From contig CAZHMG010000003.1 in assembly GCA_964533575.1 (NCBI GenBank), positions 10,276 to 74,275 of the forward strand: DNA of 64,000 nt. Direction: 5' to 3'. A model generated the notes under the pieces. That model saw nothing but the letters and a program-made list of their open reading frames with translations. It did no database searches and was not told the origin of the DNA. Positions 47,406 through 57,099 of the stretch are shown piece after piece. The DNA is from an uncultured Thermoleophilia bacterium. Lineage in GTDB: Bacteria > Actinomycetota > Thermoleophilia > UBA2241. Each line of letters opens with the position of its first letter. The first letter of the stretch is position 1. A program made the translations under genes and the position numbers.

Positions 47406-47600
47406 TTACACCACTGCCGCCACGGGCCTCACCTCGAACGTTCGGCAGACGAGAGCGCACGAGCCACACTCGGTACAAAGCTCGTACTCGATCCGGGGGG
47501 CAGACGTGGCGGTATCCTGGATGATCGCGCCCTGAGGGCAGCAGGAGACGGCTGGGCAGCGATGATTCTTGGGACAATGCTGGTCGTTGACGACGATCAT
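47406..47600 (-). CDS. 4Fe-4S ferredoxin
   Basis: MIVVNDQHCPKNHRCPAVSCCPQGAI...CTECGSCALVCR. AGGAGG SD is upstream. Confidence 0.75.
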   Translation of the reverse strand: MIVVNDQHCPKNHRCPAVSCCPQGAIIQDTATSAPRIEYELCTECGSCALVCRTFEVRPVAAVV

Positions 47601-47618
47601 GCGCGTTCCTCCTGCCTG

Positions 47619-47643
47619 ATACCCTTAGGGGTATAAAGTATAC
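47619..47643. promoter_or_regulatory. AT-rich inverted repeat / candidate operator in the divergent ferredoxin-capA intergenic region
   Basis: ATACCCttagGGGTAT (6-bp arms) is immediately followed by TATAAAGTATAC. This is a conspicuously AT-rich island in a 70% GC background. Confidence 0.3.
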
Positions 47644-47783
47644 GGCACAGCCGGGCTGCCGCAACCCCCACTCTCGGTTGGACGCCGCCGCCAAGGCGCT
47701 CGCGGAAGCAAGGCGGCCGACCGTCGCCATCGTGGCCGCAGGGTCCTCGGACGCCCTGCCGCTTCTGCTACACTGCGCGCGAC

Positions 47784-49043
47784 ATGAGCGAGGGGCCGCG
47801 TCGTCGCGAGCATAGCCAGGTCTGCCGGTCGACTCGGACCATGCGTCGCCGTCAAGTGCGCCGTCGGCGAGCGGCTGCCCTCGCCGTCTTCCTCATCGCC
47901 CTCGGCGCGCTCGCCTTCGGAGCGCGCGTGTTCATCACCGAAGGGGCAGACCCGGCATCGGGCGCCAGCGACCAAGTGCCGGGGCGTGCCGTGAACGGGA
48001 GCGCGGCCAAGTCGCCATCCGCCGCTCGCAGCTCGGTCGCCTCCACCTCGACCTCCCCTGCTGTTTCCGCCACCTCGTCGCCTTCATCGAAGGTGATCGA
48101 GATCGGCTGGGTGGGTGACACGATACCCGGTTCGAGGTACGGCATGCCGCCGAACGGCGGACGTGCTCTCTTCGCGAGCGTGAGGGATGAGCTCCAGGCG
48201 CCTGACCTCATGATCGCCAACCTCGAGGGAACGTATTCGACCGCGGGACCTTCAAAGTGTGACGGCGTGGATTCCAGGGTGTGCTTCGCCTTTCAGGCTC
48301 CCCCGGCGTACGCGAAGGCCTTGGCTTGGGCAGGTATTGATCTCGTGAGCTTGGCCAACAACCACTCCTACGATTACTTGCAGCGTGGGTTCGACCAGAC
48401 GAAACAGGCTCTGGAGAGCGCAGGCGTTGACTACACGGGCCTCCTGGAGACCGTCAAGGTCGTCAAGGTCGACGGCGTACGCGTGGCGGCGGTGGGCTTC
48501 TCGCCGTACTCTTGGAGTCCGAATGTCAACGACATCGCCGGATCTGTCGCACTCGTCGAACGCGCAGCTGACATGGCGGACGTCGTGGTAGTGATCATGC
48601 ACGTCGGAGCGGAGGGATCCGACAAGATCCACACACCGAAGGGGCCGGAGGTGGCCTTCGGCGAGCTTCGCGGCGACTCACGCTCGTTCGCCCACGCGAT
48701 GATAGACGCCGGCGCCGATCTCGTGCTCGGCTCCGGCCCGCACGTGATCCGCGGCATCGAGCGCTACAAGAATCGCCTGATCGCCTACTCGCTCGGGAAC
48801 TTCGCCAGCTGGAGGAACTTCGGCACAGGCGGCAACCTGAGCCTGTCCGGCCTGCTCACAGTGCGCATCGATCAGAAGGGCCGCCCGCAGGGCGGGCGCT
48901 GGCAGTCGATGCTCATAGTGAGCCCCGGCGTGCCCGTCGTGGACTCAGGCCACAGTGCCGCCCGGCTCGTCAAACAGCTCTCGGCCGCGGACTTTGCGCG
49001 CACGTATGACCTGGACGCCGAGGGCGCATTCTCCGCGGAGTAG
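47784..49043 (+). CDS. CapA family protein (PGA_cap metallophosphatase-like, poly-gamma-glutamate synthesis CapA/PgsA homologue)
   Basis: An N-terminal TM is followed by the conserved core ...LMIANLEGT...SLANNHSYDYL...IMHVGAEGSD... Confidence 0.8.
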   Translation: MSEGPRRREHSQVCRSTRTMRRRQVRRRRAAALAVFLIALGALAFGARVFITEGADPASGASDQVPGRAVNGSAAKSPSAARSSVASTSTSPAVSATSSPSSKVIEIGWVGDTIPGSRYGMPPNGGRALFASVRDELQAPDLMIANLEGTYSTAGPSKCDGVDSRVCFAFQAPPAYAKALAWAGIDLVSLANNHSYDYLQRGFDQTKQALESAGVDYTGLLETVKVVKVDGVRVAAVGFSPYSWSPNVNDIAGSVALVERAADMADVVVVIMHVGAEGSDKIHTPKGPEVAFGELRGDSRSFAHAMIDAGADLVLGSGPHVIRGIERYKNRLIAYSLGNFASWRNFGTGGNLSLSGLLTVRIDQKGRPQGGRWQSMLIVSPGVPVVDSGHSAARLVKQLSAADFARTYDLDAEGAFSAE

Positions 49044-49128
49044 CCGTCCGCGATGCAGCCATCGCGGTCCTTGCGGTGCGCGGGACGGCGGCGGTTCGAC
49101 AGTCGCGGCACCGTGCCAGTCGGGAAGG

Positions 49129-49509
49129 CTAGCTGTCTGTCATGGCGGCGATGAACGCCGACGCGAATGCAGACTCCAGCCTCTCGAAGCAGGCGTCGAG
49201 ATCCATCTCGGGACCCCGGGTGCGGATCTGCGAGGTGGTGAGGTCGAGGCGCGTCGCCACGCTCCTGCCCGGGGTCCAGGCGGCGGCGCGGCGCAGGCCC
49301 CAGCCGATCGCCTCGGTCACGAGGACGAACAGGACGAGGACCAGCAGCCCGATCGCCACGAAGAGGAGTTCCTGGACCGCGGACTCCGCCGGGACGGCGA
49401 ACAGCACGCCGAGCAGCGCGATGCTCGCGAACTCGGCGACGGCTCCGCCGGCGACGACGAGGGCCCCCACGTCCGAGTGCAGGTTGTGGGTGTCGCGGAG
49501 CACCGGCAC
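49129..49509 (-). CDS. Hypothetical small membrane protein (126 aa, 2 predicted TM)
   Basis: Very high GC3. It has two hydrophobic helices (ALVVAGGAVAEFASIALLGVLFAV, LLFVAIGLLVLVLFVLV). It is divergent from the K+ channel gene. Confidence 0.5.
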   Translation of the reverse strand: MPVLRDTHNLHSDVGALVVAGGAVAEFASIALLGVLFAVPAESAVQELLFVAIGLLVLVLFVLVTEAIGWGLRRAAAWTPGRSVATRLDLTTSQIRTRGPEMDLDACFERLESAFASAFIAAMTDS

Positions 49510-49607
49510 GGGCGCTCACTTCTCTTTGGGCCTCCGAGCGGGCCTTGGTCGTGAGTGGCGAATACTCATGCAGCCAGCGTCCGCAGTCCCGCCCGTGAGG
49601 AGGCACC

Positions 49608-50345
49608 ATGCCGAGCCAGAAGAGACACCTCCTGTTCGACGATCGGTCCAGATACCTGGACAGGTTCGGACTGGTTCTGGCGCTGACCGCCATAGCCATC
49701 GTGTCGCTGGCACTCTTCGACCTCTCGGCGTCAGTCGGCGACCTCGTTGCCGGCGTCGCATCCGTCGGGACCAGCGTCCTCGTCGGCGTCACGTTGCTGC
49801 TGGCGCTGCGCGCGTCCGGACTGAGACTCAAGTGGCTGCGCGTTGCCGACGTGCTCGTAGCCCTGTTCCTCACAATTGTGGTCGTCCAGATCACCTACGG
49901 CCTGGCCACGGACACCGCGTTGTTCGCCCGGGAGGCCACCCGGCCTCTGACGCTCCTCATCCTCTCCGCGTTGGCGCCGATGGTGGTGGTGCGGCGTCTG
50001 CTGCAGCACCGCTCCGTCACGACGGGGACGCTGTTCGGCGCCATCTCGGCGTTCCTTCTGATGACCATCGCCTTCTGCTACGCGTTCCTCAGTATCGACG
50101 GGCTGCAGGCGACGCCGTTCTTCGCGCAGGCTCAGCCGACTACGTCGTTCATGTACTTCAGCCTCAGCACCATCACGACGGTGGGTTACGGCGACCTGAC
50201 TCCGATCACGCCGCTTGCGCGGCTGGTCGCGACGGCCGAGGCCGTGTCCGGGCAGGTGTACCTGGTGACTTTTGTCGCCATGCTCGTCGGCCTGCGGGCC
50301 CAGCACCTGGTCTCCGCCCGGCACTCGGACACGACGAACGAGTAG
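49608..50345 (+). CDS. Potassium channel family protein (pore loop with TVGYGD selectivity filter)
   Basis: Multiple TM helices are followed by the pore helix and signature YFSLSTITTVGYGDLTP. AGGAGG SD is upstream of the ATG. Confidence 0.8.
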   Translation: MPSQKRHLLFDDRSRYLDRFGLVLALTAIAIVSLALFDLSASVGDLVAGVASVGTSVLVGVTLLLALRASGLRLKWLRVADVLVALFLTIVVVQITYGLATDTALFAREATRPLTLLILSALAPMVVVRRLLQHRSVTTGTLFGAISAFLLMTIAFCYAFLSIDGLQATPFFAQAQPTTSFMYFSLSTITTVGYGDLTPITPLARLVATAEAVSGQVYLVTFVAMLVGLRAQHLVSARHSDTTNE

Positions 50346-50480
50346 CGGGACGGCGCGGCGCCGTGCGCCGACTGAGGCGCCCGCCGCCGCGCCGTGCGAG
50401 CGCTGCTCGCTCGAGAACCGCTGCCCGCTTCCTGTCCCACGGGTGCGTGCTGCCCCTCGGATCGCGAGGTGCCGTCGTCG

Positions 50481-51000
50481 TCAGACGGGCCTGACGACGG
50501 CGGCGGTGCCCGACACGGTCACCAGAAACATCGAGGTGTTGGTGCCGACGCCCTCTAGGTCTATCGAGGTGGCGACGACGGCCTTCGCGCCGAGGTCCTC
50601 AGCCGCGGCTGCATCTCGGCCATGGCCTCGCTCTGACTCTTGTCGATCTCCTCCTCGTAGGCGCCGGCGCGGCCCGCCGCCGAGGTTGCGGCCGAACGCT
50701 TTGAAGTCCTTGCCGACATCGACGCCGTGGATCGCAGCGCCGCTGACCAGGCCCTTGTAGGCGGTGGCGAGCGCCAGCCAGAGGATCATGGCGCCGCCCA
50801 TGTCGCCGAGGTTGACGTAGTCAAGGCCGAGCAGCGCCGCGATGAAGACCAGGATCGGCAATCCCCCCCGATGATGGTCGCCGGGTTCGCGGCGATGGCG
50901 TCGTAGTCGATCCCCATGATCGCCTCGAGGGCGAGGATGAGGAACGCGCACCCGATGCCGATGATCCAGGCCACGCTCGGCCGCGGATTGACTCTCATGA
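50481..51000 (-). pseudogene. YbjQ/UPF0145-like heavy-metal-binding domain protein with N-terminal TM extension, disrupted by about three frameshifts (one in a C7/G7 homopolymer)
   Basis: The N-terminal MRVNPRPSVAWIIGIGCAFLILALEAIMGIDYDAIAANPATIIGG continues after a shift at the homopolymer (plus strand ccccccc at 50866-50872) as LPILVFIAALLGLDYVNLGDMGGAMILWLALATAYKGLVSGAAIHGVDVGKDFKAFGRNLGGG. Two further shifts are then needed to read AGAYEEEIDKSQSEAMAEMQPRL and ...DLGAKAVVATSIDLEGVGTNTSMFLVTVSGTAAVV, which resembles the intact YbjQ at 52726..53061. Confidence 0.55.
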
Positions 51001-51757
51001 TGGAACCCTCCGGTGACAACCCGCTGTCGGCGACCCATCTCGGGCCGTCGTCGCCGCGACCTTGGCCGCATCGGAACATGGCGGCGGCGCTGGATCATCC
51101 GGTCAGACTCGCGCGATGGCGTCACCGCGTCACGCGTAGAATGGGACGTCATCTATTCGCTGAGCCGGGAGTAGCCGACGCTCGTGAGGAACCGTCCTCT
51201 CGCGTCCACCGGCCGACTCATCGCCCCTGACGCCGGCCGCGGTCGGTCGGCCGCCTACCGGCATGGACCCGGCGCTGCCAGAGTCCTTCAGACGGCGGTT
51301 GCGCCACGTTGATGAGATCGTGGCGCAGCCCGAGATCCGCCGGGAAGTCGCAGCGCGGATGTATTCTCCCGTCGCCCGCCAGGTGTCTACGAGGAGTCGG
51401 CGGACGTCGCGGTTGTCGGCTTGGTCGTCGTTGGCGGTGGTGATCACCGCGATAAATCCTGCCGCAGGATGCGCCTCGGCCGCTTGGTCGGCGGCCGTCT
51501 TGACAAGGACCTAAATGGATGCGAGGGCGCGAGTGGATACGCCGGGGTAGATGTGTTCGGTGGCGCCGCCGCCGCTCGGTAGGGAAATGTCTTGGGATAC
51601 GCGAGAAGAGGTTGCGGAAGGCGCTGCCGAGGGCGTTGGGCTTTCCCTTGACACCATGCCGGGGCCCGTCATGGTGCGGGATAATAGCATCACTCTCGGT
51701 TTGGCAGAGAACCGAGACGCCCGCAGTTCTGGACTCTTCGTTGTTGAGGGAGATGAC

Positions 51758-52681
51758 ATGCTCGCAGTGATTGACGCTGTCGGTGAGAGTCTTCTCGGTC
51801 CGAGTCGCGCCGCCGTCGCGGCCTTCACGCTGGGCTTGCTCGTAACCTTCCTCGCCGTGCGCATCAACACGCGCTTGATCAGGGCCAGAGTGAGTTGGTG
51901 GTTTCACGATATCGAGTCCGACAGCGGCCTCCACGTCCACCACATGGTGATCGGCGTCGTCCTCATGGTGGCCAGCGGACTCGGCCTCATCGCGCTCTCG
52001 CCACACGGCCTCGCTCTCCAGGGCGGCGCGTTCATTTTCGGTGTGGGCGTCGCCCTCACGCTGGACGAGTTCGCTCTCATCCTGCGCCTCCAGGACGTCT
52101 ACTGGACGACCGAGGGACGTCTCTCGGTCGACGCGATCGTCGTCGTGATCTGCACGGGAATCCTGCTCCTGCTGGGCGCGACGCCGCTCGGCTTCGCCGA
52201 CTTCGGAGCGGTGTCAGGGGCGGCGGCATACGCCCTCGTTTCCGTCACTCTGCTCGTGCACATCTGCGTGGCCGTGGTCTGTCTCTTGAAGGGGAAGATA
52301 TGGACCGGCTTCTTTGCGGTGTTCATCCCGATCGTCGGAACAGTCGGGGCCATCCGGGTGGCGCGGCCGGATTCACCCTGGGCGCGCCGGCGCTACGAGG
52401 ATAAGCCGGCCAGGATGGCGAATGCCCGCCGCCGGGAGGATCACATGAACGCGACCTGGCGCGCCTGGCGCGAGGCCTTCTTCGATCTGATCGCCGGGAA
52501 GCCGCATCTGCCCAGTATCATGAGCATCGGCGCCAGGGCATCAGCCCCGAGCCCTGATGAGGGTCGTCCACATCCTCCCGCTCCCGCGTTTGGCGAGGGG
52601 GACGGTCAGGCAGGGGACGACGTTCCGCCGCCGGCAGGGAGAGGGCGTCAAGCCGGTGGGAGTAGCAGCGGCGGTGGGTGA
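51758..52681 (+). CDS. Hypothetical integral membrane protein
   Basis: Start at MLAVIDAVGE with GAGGGAG SD. It has 6 or more TM helices (WWFHDIESDSGLHVHHMVIGVVLMVASGLGL...) and a Gly/Pro-rich disordered C-terminus. Confidence 0.55.
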   Translation: MLAVIDAVGESLLGPSRAAVAAFTLGLLVTFLAVRINTRLIRARVSWWFHDIESDSGLHVHHMVIGVVLMVASGLGLIALSPHGLALQGGAFIFGVGVALTLDEFALILRLQDVYWTTEGRLSVDAIVVVICTGILLLLGATPLGFADFGAVSGAAAYALVSVTLLVHICVAVVCLLKGKIWTGFFAVFIPIVGTVGAIRVARPDSPWARRRYEDKPARMANARRREDHMNATWRAWREAFFDLIAGKPHLPSIMSIGARASAPSPDEGRPHPPAPAFGEGDGQAGDDVPPPAGRGRQAGGSSSGGG

Positions 52682-52725
52682 CGGCTCTCGTCACCCACCG
52701 CCGCTGCTACCCTCTGTGGACCGGC

Positions 52726-53061
52726 CTACTCGATGGTCACGGCCGTGCCGCTCGCCGACACCATGAGCATGCTGCCGTTCTGGCCGACCGTCTCGTAATC
52801 GAGGTCGACGCCGATGACGGCGTTGGCGCCAAGAGCGACCGCCTCAGCCGTCAGTTCGTTGAGCGCGATCTCCTTCGCCTGCTTGAGCTCGCGCTCGTAT
52901 GCCGCGGAACGCCCGCCGACGATGTCGCGCACGCCCGCGAACAAGTCCTTCACGATGTTCGCGCCGAGGATCGCGTCGCCGCTCACCAGGCCGTGGTAGG
53001 CGATGATTCGCCTGCCCTCGACGCTCGGCGTGGTTGTGACGATCATGGCGCTGTCACTCAC
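52726..53061 (-). CDS. YbjQ family protein (UPF0145 / DUF74 heavy-metal-binding domain)
   Basis: [88 protein letters not shown]...[13 protein letters not shown]. Confidence 0.8.
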   Translation of the reverse strand: MSDSAMIVTTTPSVEGRRIIAYHGLVSGDAILGANIVKDLFAGVRDIVGGRSAAYERELKQAKEIALNELTAEAVALGANAVIGVDLDYETVGQNGSMLMVSASGTAVTIE

Positions 53062-53100
53062 GGCAGCCTCCCTTGTGTTCTCTGGTCCTGTTCATGTTGT

Positions 53101-54576
53101 TCAGACCCCGGCCGCCGCGCTCACACGGCCGGCATCGACTGCTTCTGTGAGAGTCTCGTAGTCCCGCTGGTTCTGGTCCGCGTACGCGTCGGAGAAGTCG
53201 GCAATGGCTTTGTCGAAGGTGCTGCCGCCGCCCATATAGCCGGCAATGGCGATGCGATCGCCCGTGCGCGCGTGGGCCTTGGCGAGCGTCCACGCGCAGA
53301 GGTGAGCATAGGGTGCCCATGTGCTCTCGTCCATGGCCTCCATATCGAAGGCGCCCTTGCCGTCCCAGAGCTGGCGCACGTAGAAGTCGTAGGGCCTGCC
53401 GTCGAAGCCGACGACGTGGTACCAGCCGAGCAGCATGTCGCTGGCGGCCTGCATCAGACGCTGGCCCTCAACGACGCGGCGGCCGGCGTTGTCGTAGCGG
53501 CTGCTGCCGGCGAAGCGCTCCAGAACCGAGTCCCGCGCCTGTTTGGCCTGCAGGATCAACGGGTCGTTCTCGTCGCGTCCGAGGAAGAGCAGCACCCAGG
53601 CACGGGTCCCCACGCTGCCGACGCCGACGATTTTGCGGGCGATCTCCTTGTACCGGTAGAGGTCGTAGAGCGGTCGGCGATCGGCGGGGAGACTCGCGCG
53701 ATAGCTCTGCAGCGCCATCTCGACCGCATGCCGGTAGTCGTCCCGCTCTTCTCCCTCGAGCAGCTCGTCGGCCGGGACGAGGATGGGCGGGATGGAGCGA
53801 AACCGGGGCCGCCCGCCGGCGACGTGCGTCAGTCTGGAGAGAGCCCTCAGCGAGTCCCTGCCGGTGGCCTTGCTGAGGACGCGGTCGACTTGGGACCGGC
53901 CGCGGCTTCTGCTCAGGGTGGCGCGAACCAACTCGGCGTCGAGGCGCGCGTACCACACGTCGATGGCCCGCATTCCGGCCAACTCGGCCATGGTCTCTCT
54001 GTATGACTTCACGCACGAGAGAATGACGGCGCGCCTCGTCGAGGCCGACAGGCCACGCTCGCGGCCCGCGATCTCGAAGCCCGCGGCGAGACGCTTCACG
54101 TCCCACTCCCACGGCCCGGGGAGGGTCTCGTCGAAATCGTTGATGTCGAACACCAGATGGCGCTCGGGAGACTGGAAAAGGCCGAAGTTCATGAGGTGCG
54201 CGTCCCCGCAGAGCTGCGCATGCAGTCCGGAAACCGGTGTGCTGGAGAGATCGCCGGCCATGATCAGGGCGGCGCCGCGATAGAAGGCGAACGGCGACGC
54301 GAGCATGCGGCCATATCTGATCGGCACCAGATCCGGATCTCGTTCGGCCGCCTGTTCCTCGAGCAGGTCCACCGGGTTCGGACGGTCAGGCCTAGGCTCC
54401 CAGGAAGCGTGGCTCGATCGCGGCGCCGTCTTGCGCGCCTCCCTGCCATGGCTGGCCCGGGCAGCCGGAGTGTCCTTGGGAGCCTGGAAGATCGCCGGCA
54501 ACTCGGCCGCGGCGCCTGAAACGGCCCCCGGTACGGGCGCTTCAGTGGGCGCAATGGATCCTGGTGCGTCTCCCAT
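53101..54576 (-). CDS. DUF2252 domain-containing protein
   Basis: YGRMLASPFAFYRGAALIMAGDL...LCGDAHLMNFGLF...FDINDFDET is the characteristic DUF2252 N-terminal signature. 491 aa. Confidence 0.75.
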   Translation of the reverse strand: MGDAPGSIAPTEAPVPGAVSGAAAELPAIFQAPKDTPAARASHGREARKTAPRSSHASWEPRPDRPNPVDLLEEQAAERDPDLVPIRYGRMLASPFAFYRGAALIMAGDLSSTPVSGLHAQLCGDAHLMNFGLFQSPERHLVFDINDFDETLPGPWEWDVKRLAAGFEIAGRERGLSASTRRAVILSCVKSYRETMAELAGMRAIDVWYARLDAELVRATLSRSRGRSQVDRVLSKATGRDSLRALSRLTHVAGGRPRFRSIPPILVPADELLEGEERDDYRHAVEMALQSYRASLPADRRPLYDLYRYKEIARKIVGVGSVGTRAWVLLFLGRDENDPLILQAKQARDSVLERFAGSSRYDNAGRRVVEGQRLMQAASDMLLGWYHVVGFDGRPYDFYVRQLWDGKGAFDMEAMDESTWAPYAHLCAWTLAKAHARTGDRIAIAGYMGGGSTFDKAIADFSDAYADQNQRDYETLTEAVDAGRVSAAAGV

Positions 54577-54691
54577 TCAGCCGCCCCCTTCTCTGTCGCC
54601 GCAGGGATACCGTAAGCCTATCGCCCGCGTAGTGTGAAGGGCGCGTGCTGTGCTGACAAGCATTACGTGGTTCCACGACCGCGCCCCGAGG

Positions 54692-55684
54692 TCAGAGCTC
54701 CGATTCGGCTCCGGACACCTCGACAACACGGACGGACACGGACTTCGGCACCTGTTCCCTGACGTAGCGGCGCAGTTCCTCTATTGGCGGAGACGAGCCT
54801 GGACCCACGACGGTGATGACGATCTCGTCGTGCACGAGGTTCACCCCGTCAAGCCGCCACGAGGTGTCATCGATCCAGCGCTCAGCCGACTGCTCGGCCT
54901 TCGAGACCCAGAACTGATAGGCGAAGGTGCGGATCGAGGTCGCCGCCAGCGGGACGAGGAGCGCGACCAGGACGACAATGATGACCGCCCGTGCCCGTCT
55001 CCCCACACGCGGCGACGCGTCCTTCGCGTCCGAGTAGTAGCGCGCGGCCCCGAAGACCAGCACGCCGGAGACGACGATGGCGGCGGCGTTGGTGAGAAAG
55101 AGGATGAAGGCGCCGAAGGCGAGGTCCGTGCGGCCTGCGCCGAGCGTGATGCCCACGGTGGCCAGCACCGGCACGAGGGAGATCGCGATGGCGACGCCGG
55201 CGACGATGCTGGAGACGTCGCGCCGGGCGAGGGCGAAAGAGCCCGCGATGCCGACCGCGATGGCGACCGTGAGGTCGAGCACGGTCGGCGCTGTGCGCCC
55301 GGTGATTTGCGGGTTCACGTCCAGCGGCATCCGGTTGAAGCTCGTGGCTGCCACGAACATGCCGACGAGGATGTTGACGGCGATCCCGGACACCAGGAGG
55401 AGCAGGCTGTCGCGAAGGGCCTTGGTCGCGCCGATTGTCGTCGCCAGAGCGACGCCGTAGATGGGCGTGGCCAGCGGAGCGATGATCATGGCTCCGATCA
55501 CGGCCGGCGTGGAGTTGCTGATGACTCCGCCGGCGGCGATATAGCTGGAGAGCACGAGCAGCACCCAGAACTGGGTCTGCTTCGCCTTCCTGTTGCCCTC
55601 ACCGACGAACAGGCTCTCGCGGATCTCGGCGAGGTCGTATCGATACTCCGCGCCTGAATCGATGATCCGGTTCATGAGGCTCAT
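54692..55684 (-). CDS. DUF389 domain-containing membrane protein
   Basis: A cluster of TM helices (AVIGAMIIAPLATPIYGVALA..., LLLLVSGIAVNILVGMFVA...) is followed by a soluble C-terminal region, the DUF389/TIGR00341-like architecture. Confidence 0.65.
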   Translation of the reverse strand: MSLMNRIIDSGAEYRYDLAEIRESLFVGEGNRKAKQTQFWVLLVLSSYIAAGGVISNSTPAVIGAMIIAPLATPIYGVALATTIGATKALRDSLLLLVSGIAVNILVGMFVAATSFNRMPLDVNPQITGRTAPTVLDLTVAIAVGIAGSFALARRDVSSIVAGVAIAISLVPVLATVGITLGAGRTDLAFGAFILFLTNAAAIVVSGVLVFGAARYYSDAKDASPRVGRRARAVIIVVLVALLVPLAATSIRTFAYQFWVSKAEQSAERWIDDTSWRLDGVNLVHDEIVITVVGPGSSPPIEELRRYVREQVPKSVSVRVVEVSGAESEL

Positions 55685-55712
55685 GGCCGCTCCTTCTCAG
55701 AACCGACGGCGT

Positions 55713-56507
55713 TCACCCTGCGCCGCCGCCGCTGCCTGCCGCCGCGCTGCCGCCTTCCTCGTACGGCTGCAGCGCGACGAAGCCGCGGCCCTTGAAGGTC
55801 AACTGGTAGGACTCTCCTGAGGCGCGGCCGGTGAAGGTCTTGAAGGACATGTCGGTCTTCAGGATCGTCTGCAGGCCCGCCGACCATGCCACCGTCGCGT
55901 TGGGATCTGCATGCAACGGATGCGTCTCGTCGACTCCGAGCACGACCGGCCTGCCCATTGTGGCGATGGCGCAGTAGCCGCGCCCCGAGAGCTGCAGGCT
56001 GAAGAGGCCGCCGGCAAGCATGCTGCCGCCCTTCGTGCGGGCGATGTCCCACTCCAGCGTGTCAGAGTAGGCGAGGCAGTTGGCTCCATTGACGTGGATC
56101 GTCTCGCCCTTGAGCTCGAGGATGCGGATCGTCTTGCCCATGTCGGCGCAGTAGAGGATGCCCGTTCCTTGTACCTTCATCGTCGTCGCCGTCTCACCGG
56201 TCATCTTGGCTTTAACGTACTTCCCGAGGCCACCCTGGTCCTTGACGCCGGTACGCTCAAACCTGAGATCCCCGTAGTACCCGATCATCGCCCCGGACTT
56301 GGTGTAGACCACGCCGTCGGACAGATGGATCTCGAGGATGCGCTCGTTCTCGAGTTGCCAGTCGCCTTGGTTATCCTTCTGCGCGTTCTGGGCCACGAAG
56401 TCGCTCAGCGACTGGGCCAGGTGTTCCTGAATGGACTCGGGCATGGCTCCTCCAACGATCGTCATCGCAGATACCGCCAGTATCTGCAGTTCGTCGCCTT
56501 GACCCAT
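55713..56507 (-). CDS. AIM24 family protein (DUF124 / TIGR00266)
   Basis: A beta-rich 264-aa protein with ...GAMIGYYGDLRFERTG...MKVQGTGILYCADMGKTIRILELKGETIHVNGANCLAYSDTLEWDI...GGLFSLQLSGRGYCAIATMG... typical of the AIM24 double-psi barrel family. Confidence 0.7.
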   Translation of the reverse strand: MGQGDELQILAVSAMTIVGGAMPESIQEHLAQSLSDFVAQNAQKDNQGDWQLENERILEIHLSDGVVYTKSGAMIGYYGDLRFERTGVKDQGGLGKYVKAKMTGETATTMKVQGTGILYCADMGKTIRILELKGETIHVNGANCLAYSDTLEWDIARTKGGSMLAGGLFSLQLSGRGYCAIATMGRPVVLGVDETHPLHADPNATVAWSAGLQTILKTDMSFKTFTGRASGESYQLTFKGRGFVALQPYEEGGSAAAGSGGGAG

Positions 56508-56587
56508 GCATCCTTTGCGCCCTTGCGAGTTGACGTCCCGGGACCGTCGTCCGTACAGGTTGACTGTGCTACACTCGACGCTCCGTT

Positions 56588-56664
56588 GCCCTCGTAGCTC
56601 AGGGGATTAGAGCGCGCGCCTCCGGAGCGCGAGGTCGAAGGTTCGAATCCTTCCGGGGGCACCA
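56588..56664 (+). tRNA. tRNA-Arg (anticodon CCG)
   Basis: GCCCTCGTAGCTCAGGGGATTAGAGCGCGCGCCTCCGGAGCGCGAGGTCGAAGGTTCGAATCCTTCCGGGGGCACCA. The acceptor stem has 7 bp (one G-U), plus a D arm, an anticodon stem cgcgc/gcgcg with loop cuCCGga, and a T arm gaagg-TTCGAAT-ccttc. CCA is encoded. Confidence 0.9.
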
Positions 56665-57099
56665 CTTGGGATGCTGCACAGAGCGCTTTCGTGCCGGGGC
56701 GGTCGGCAGTACTTCTTCCCAATCGGCAAGGCTGCGGACACACGATGCCGACGCGCCCGGAATCACCGGACACTTGAGTGCTGAGGTGCCGGCCCGCCCC
56801 ACGTGTGGCTCACTCACTTTGACTTCAGGCCCACGGCGCCTGCATGGGCTGGCACAGCAATCGGCAGACGGATTCGCCGCAATCCCGGTATGATTAGCGG
56901 GATCAAACGGTGCGAGCGTGAGCGAGGAAAGCTTCATCGTCGTCGCCTGGAACTGCAATCACGTTGCGGCGAGCAGTCGCCCTTGGGGCTGCTTGCTGGA
57001 ACTCGAGCCCGACGCGGCCGTGCTCCAGGAGTTCGGAGATCTTCCCGCTGCTGCATCTGAGCAGTATGGGCGCGAGCTGCAAACGGCTCCAGACAGTCA

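Noticed and set aside
49142-50494. 450-aa plus-strand ORF spanning the hypothetical membrane gene and the K+ channel gene
   Set aside because: Its frame differs from the K+ channel (TVGYGD) frame and its translation is Arg/Ala/Pro-rich junk. It overlaps two better-supported genes.
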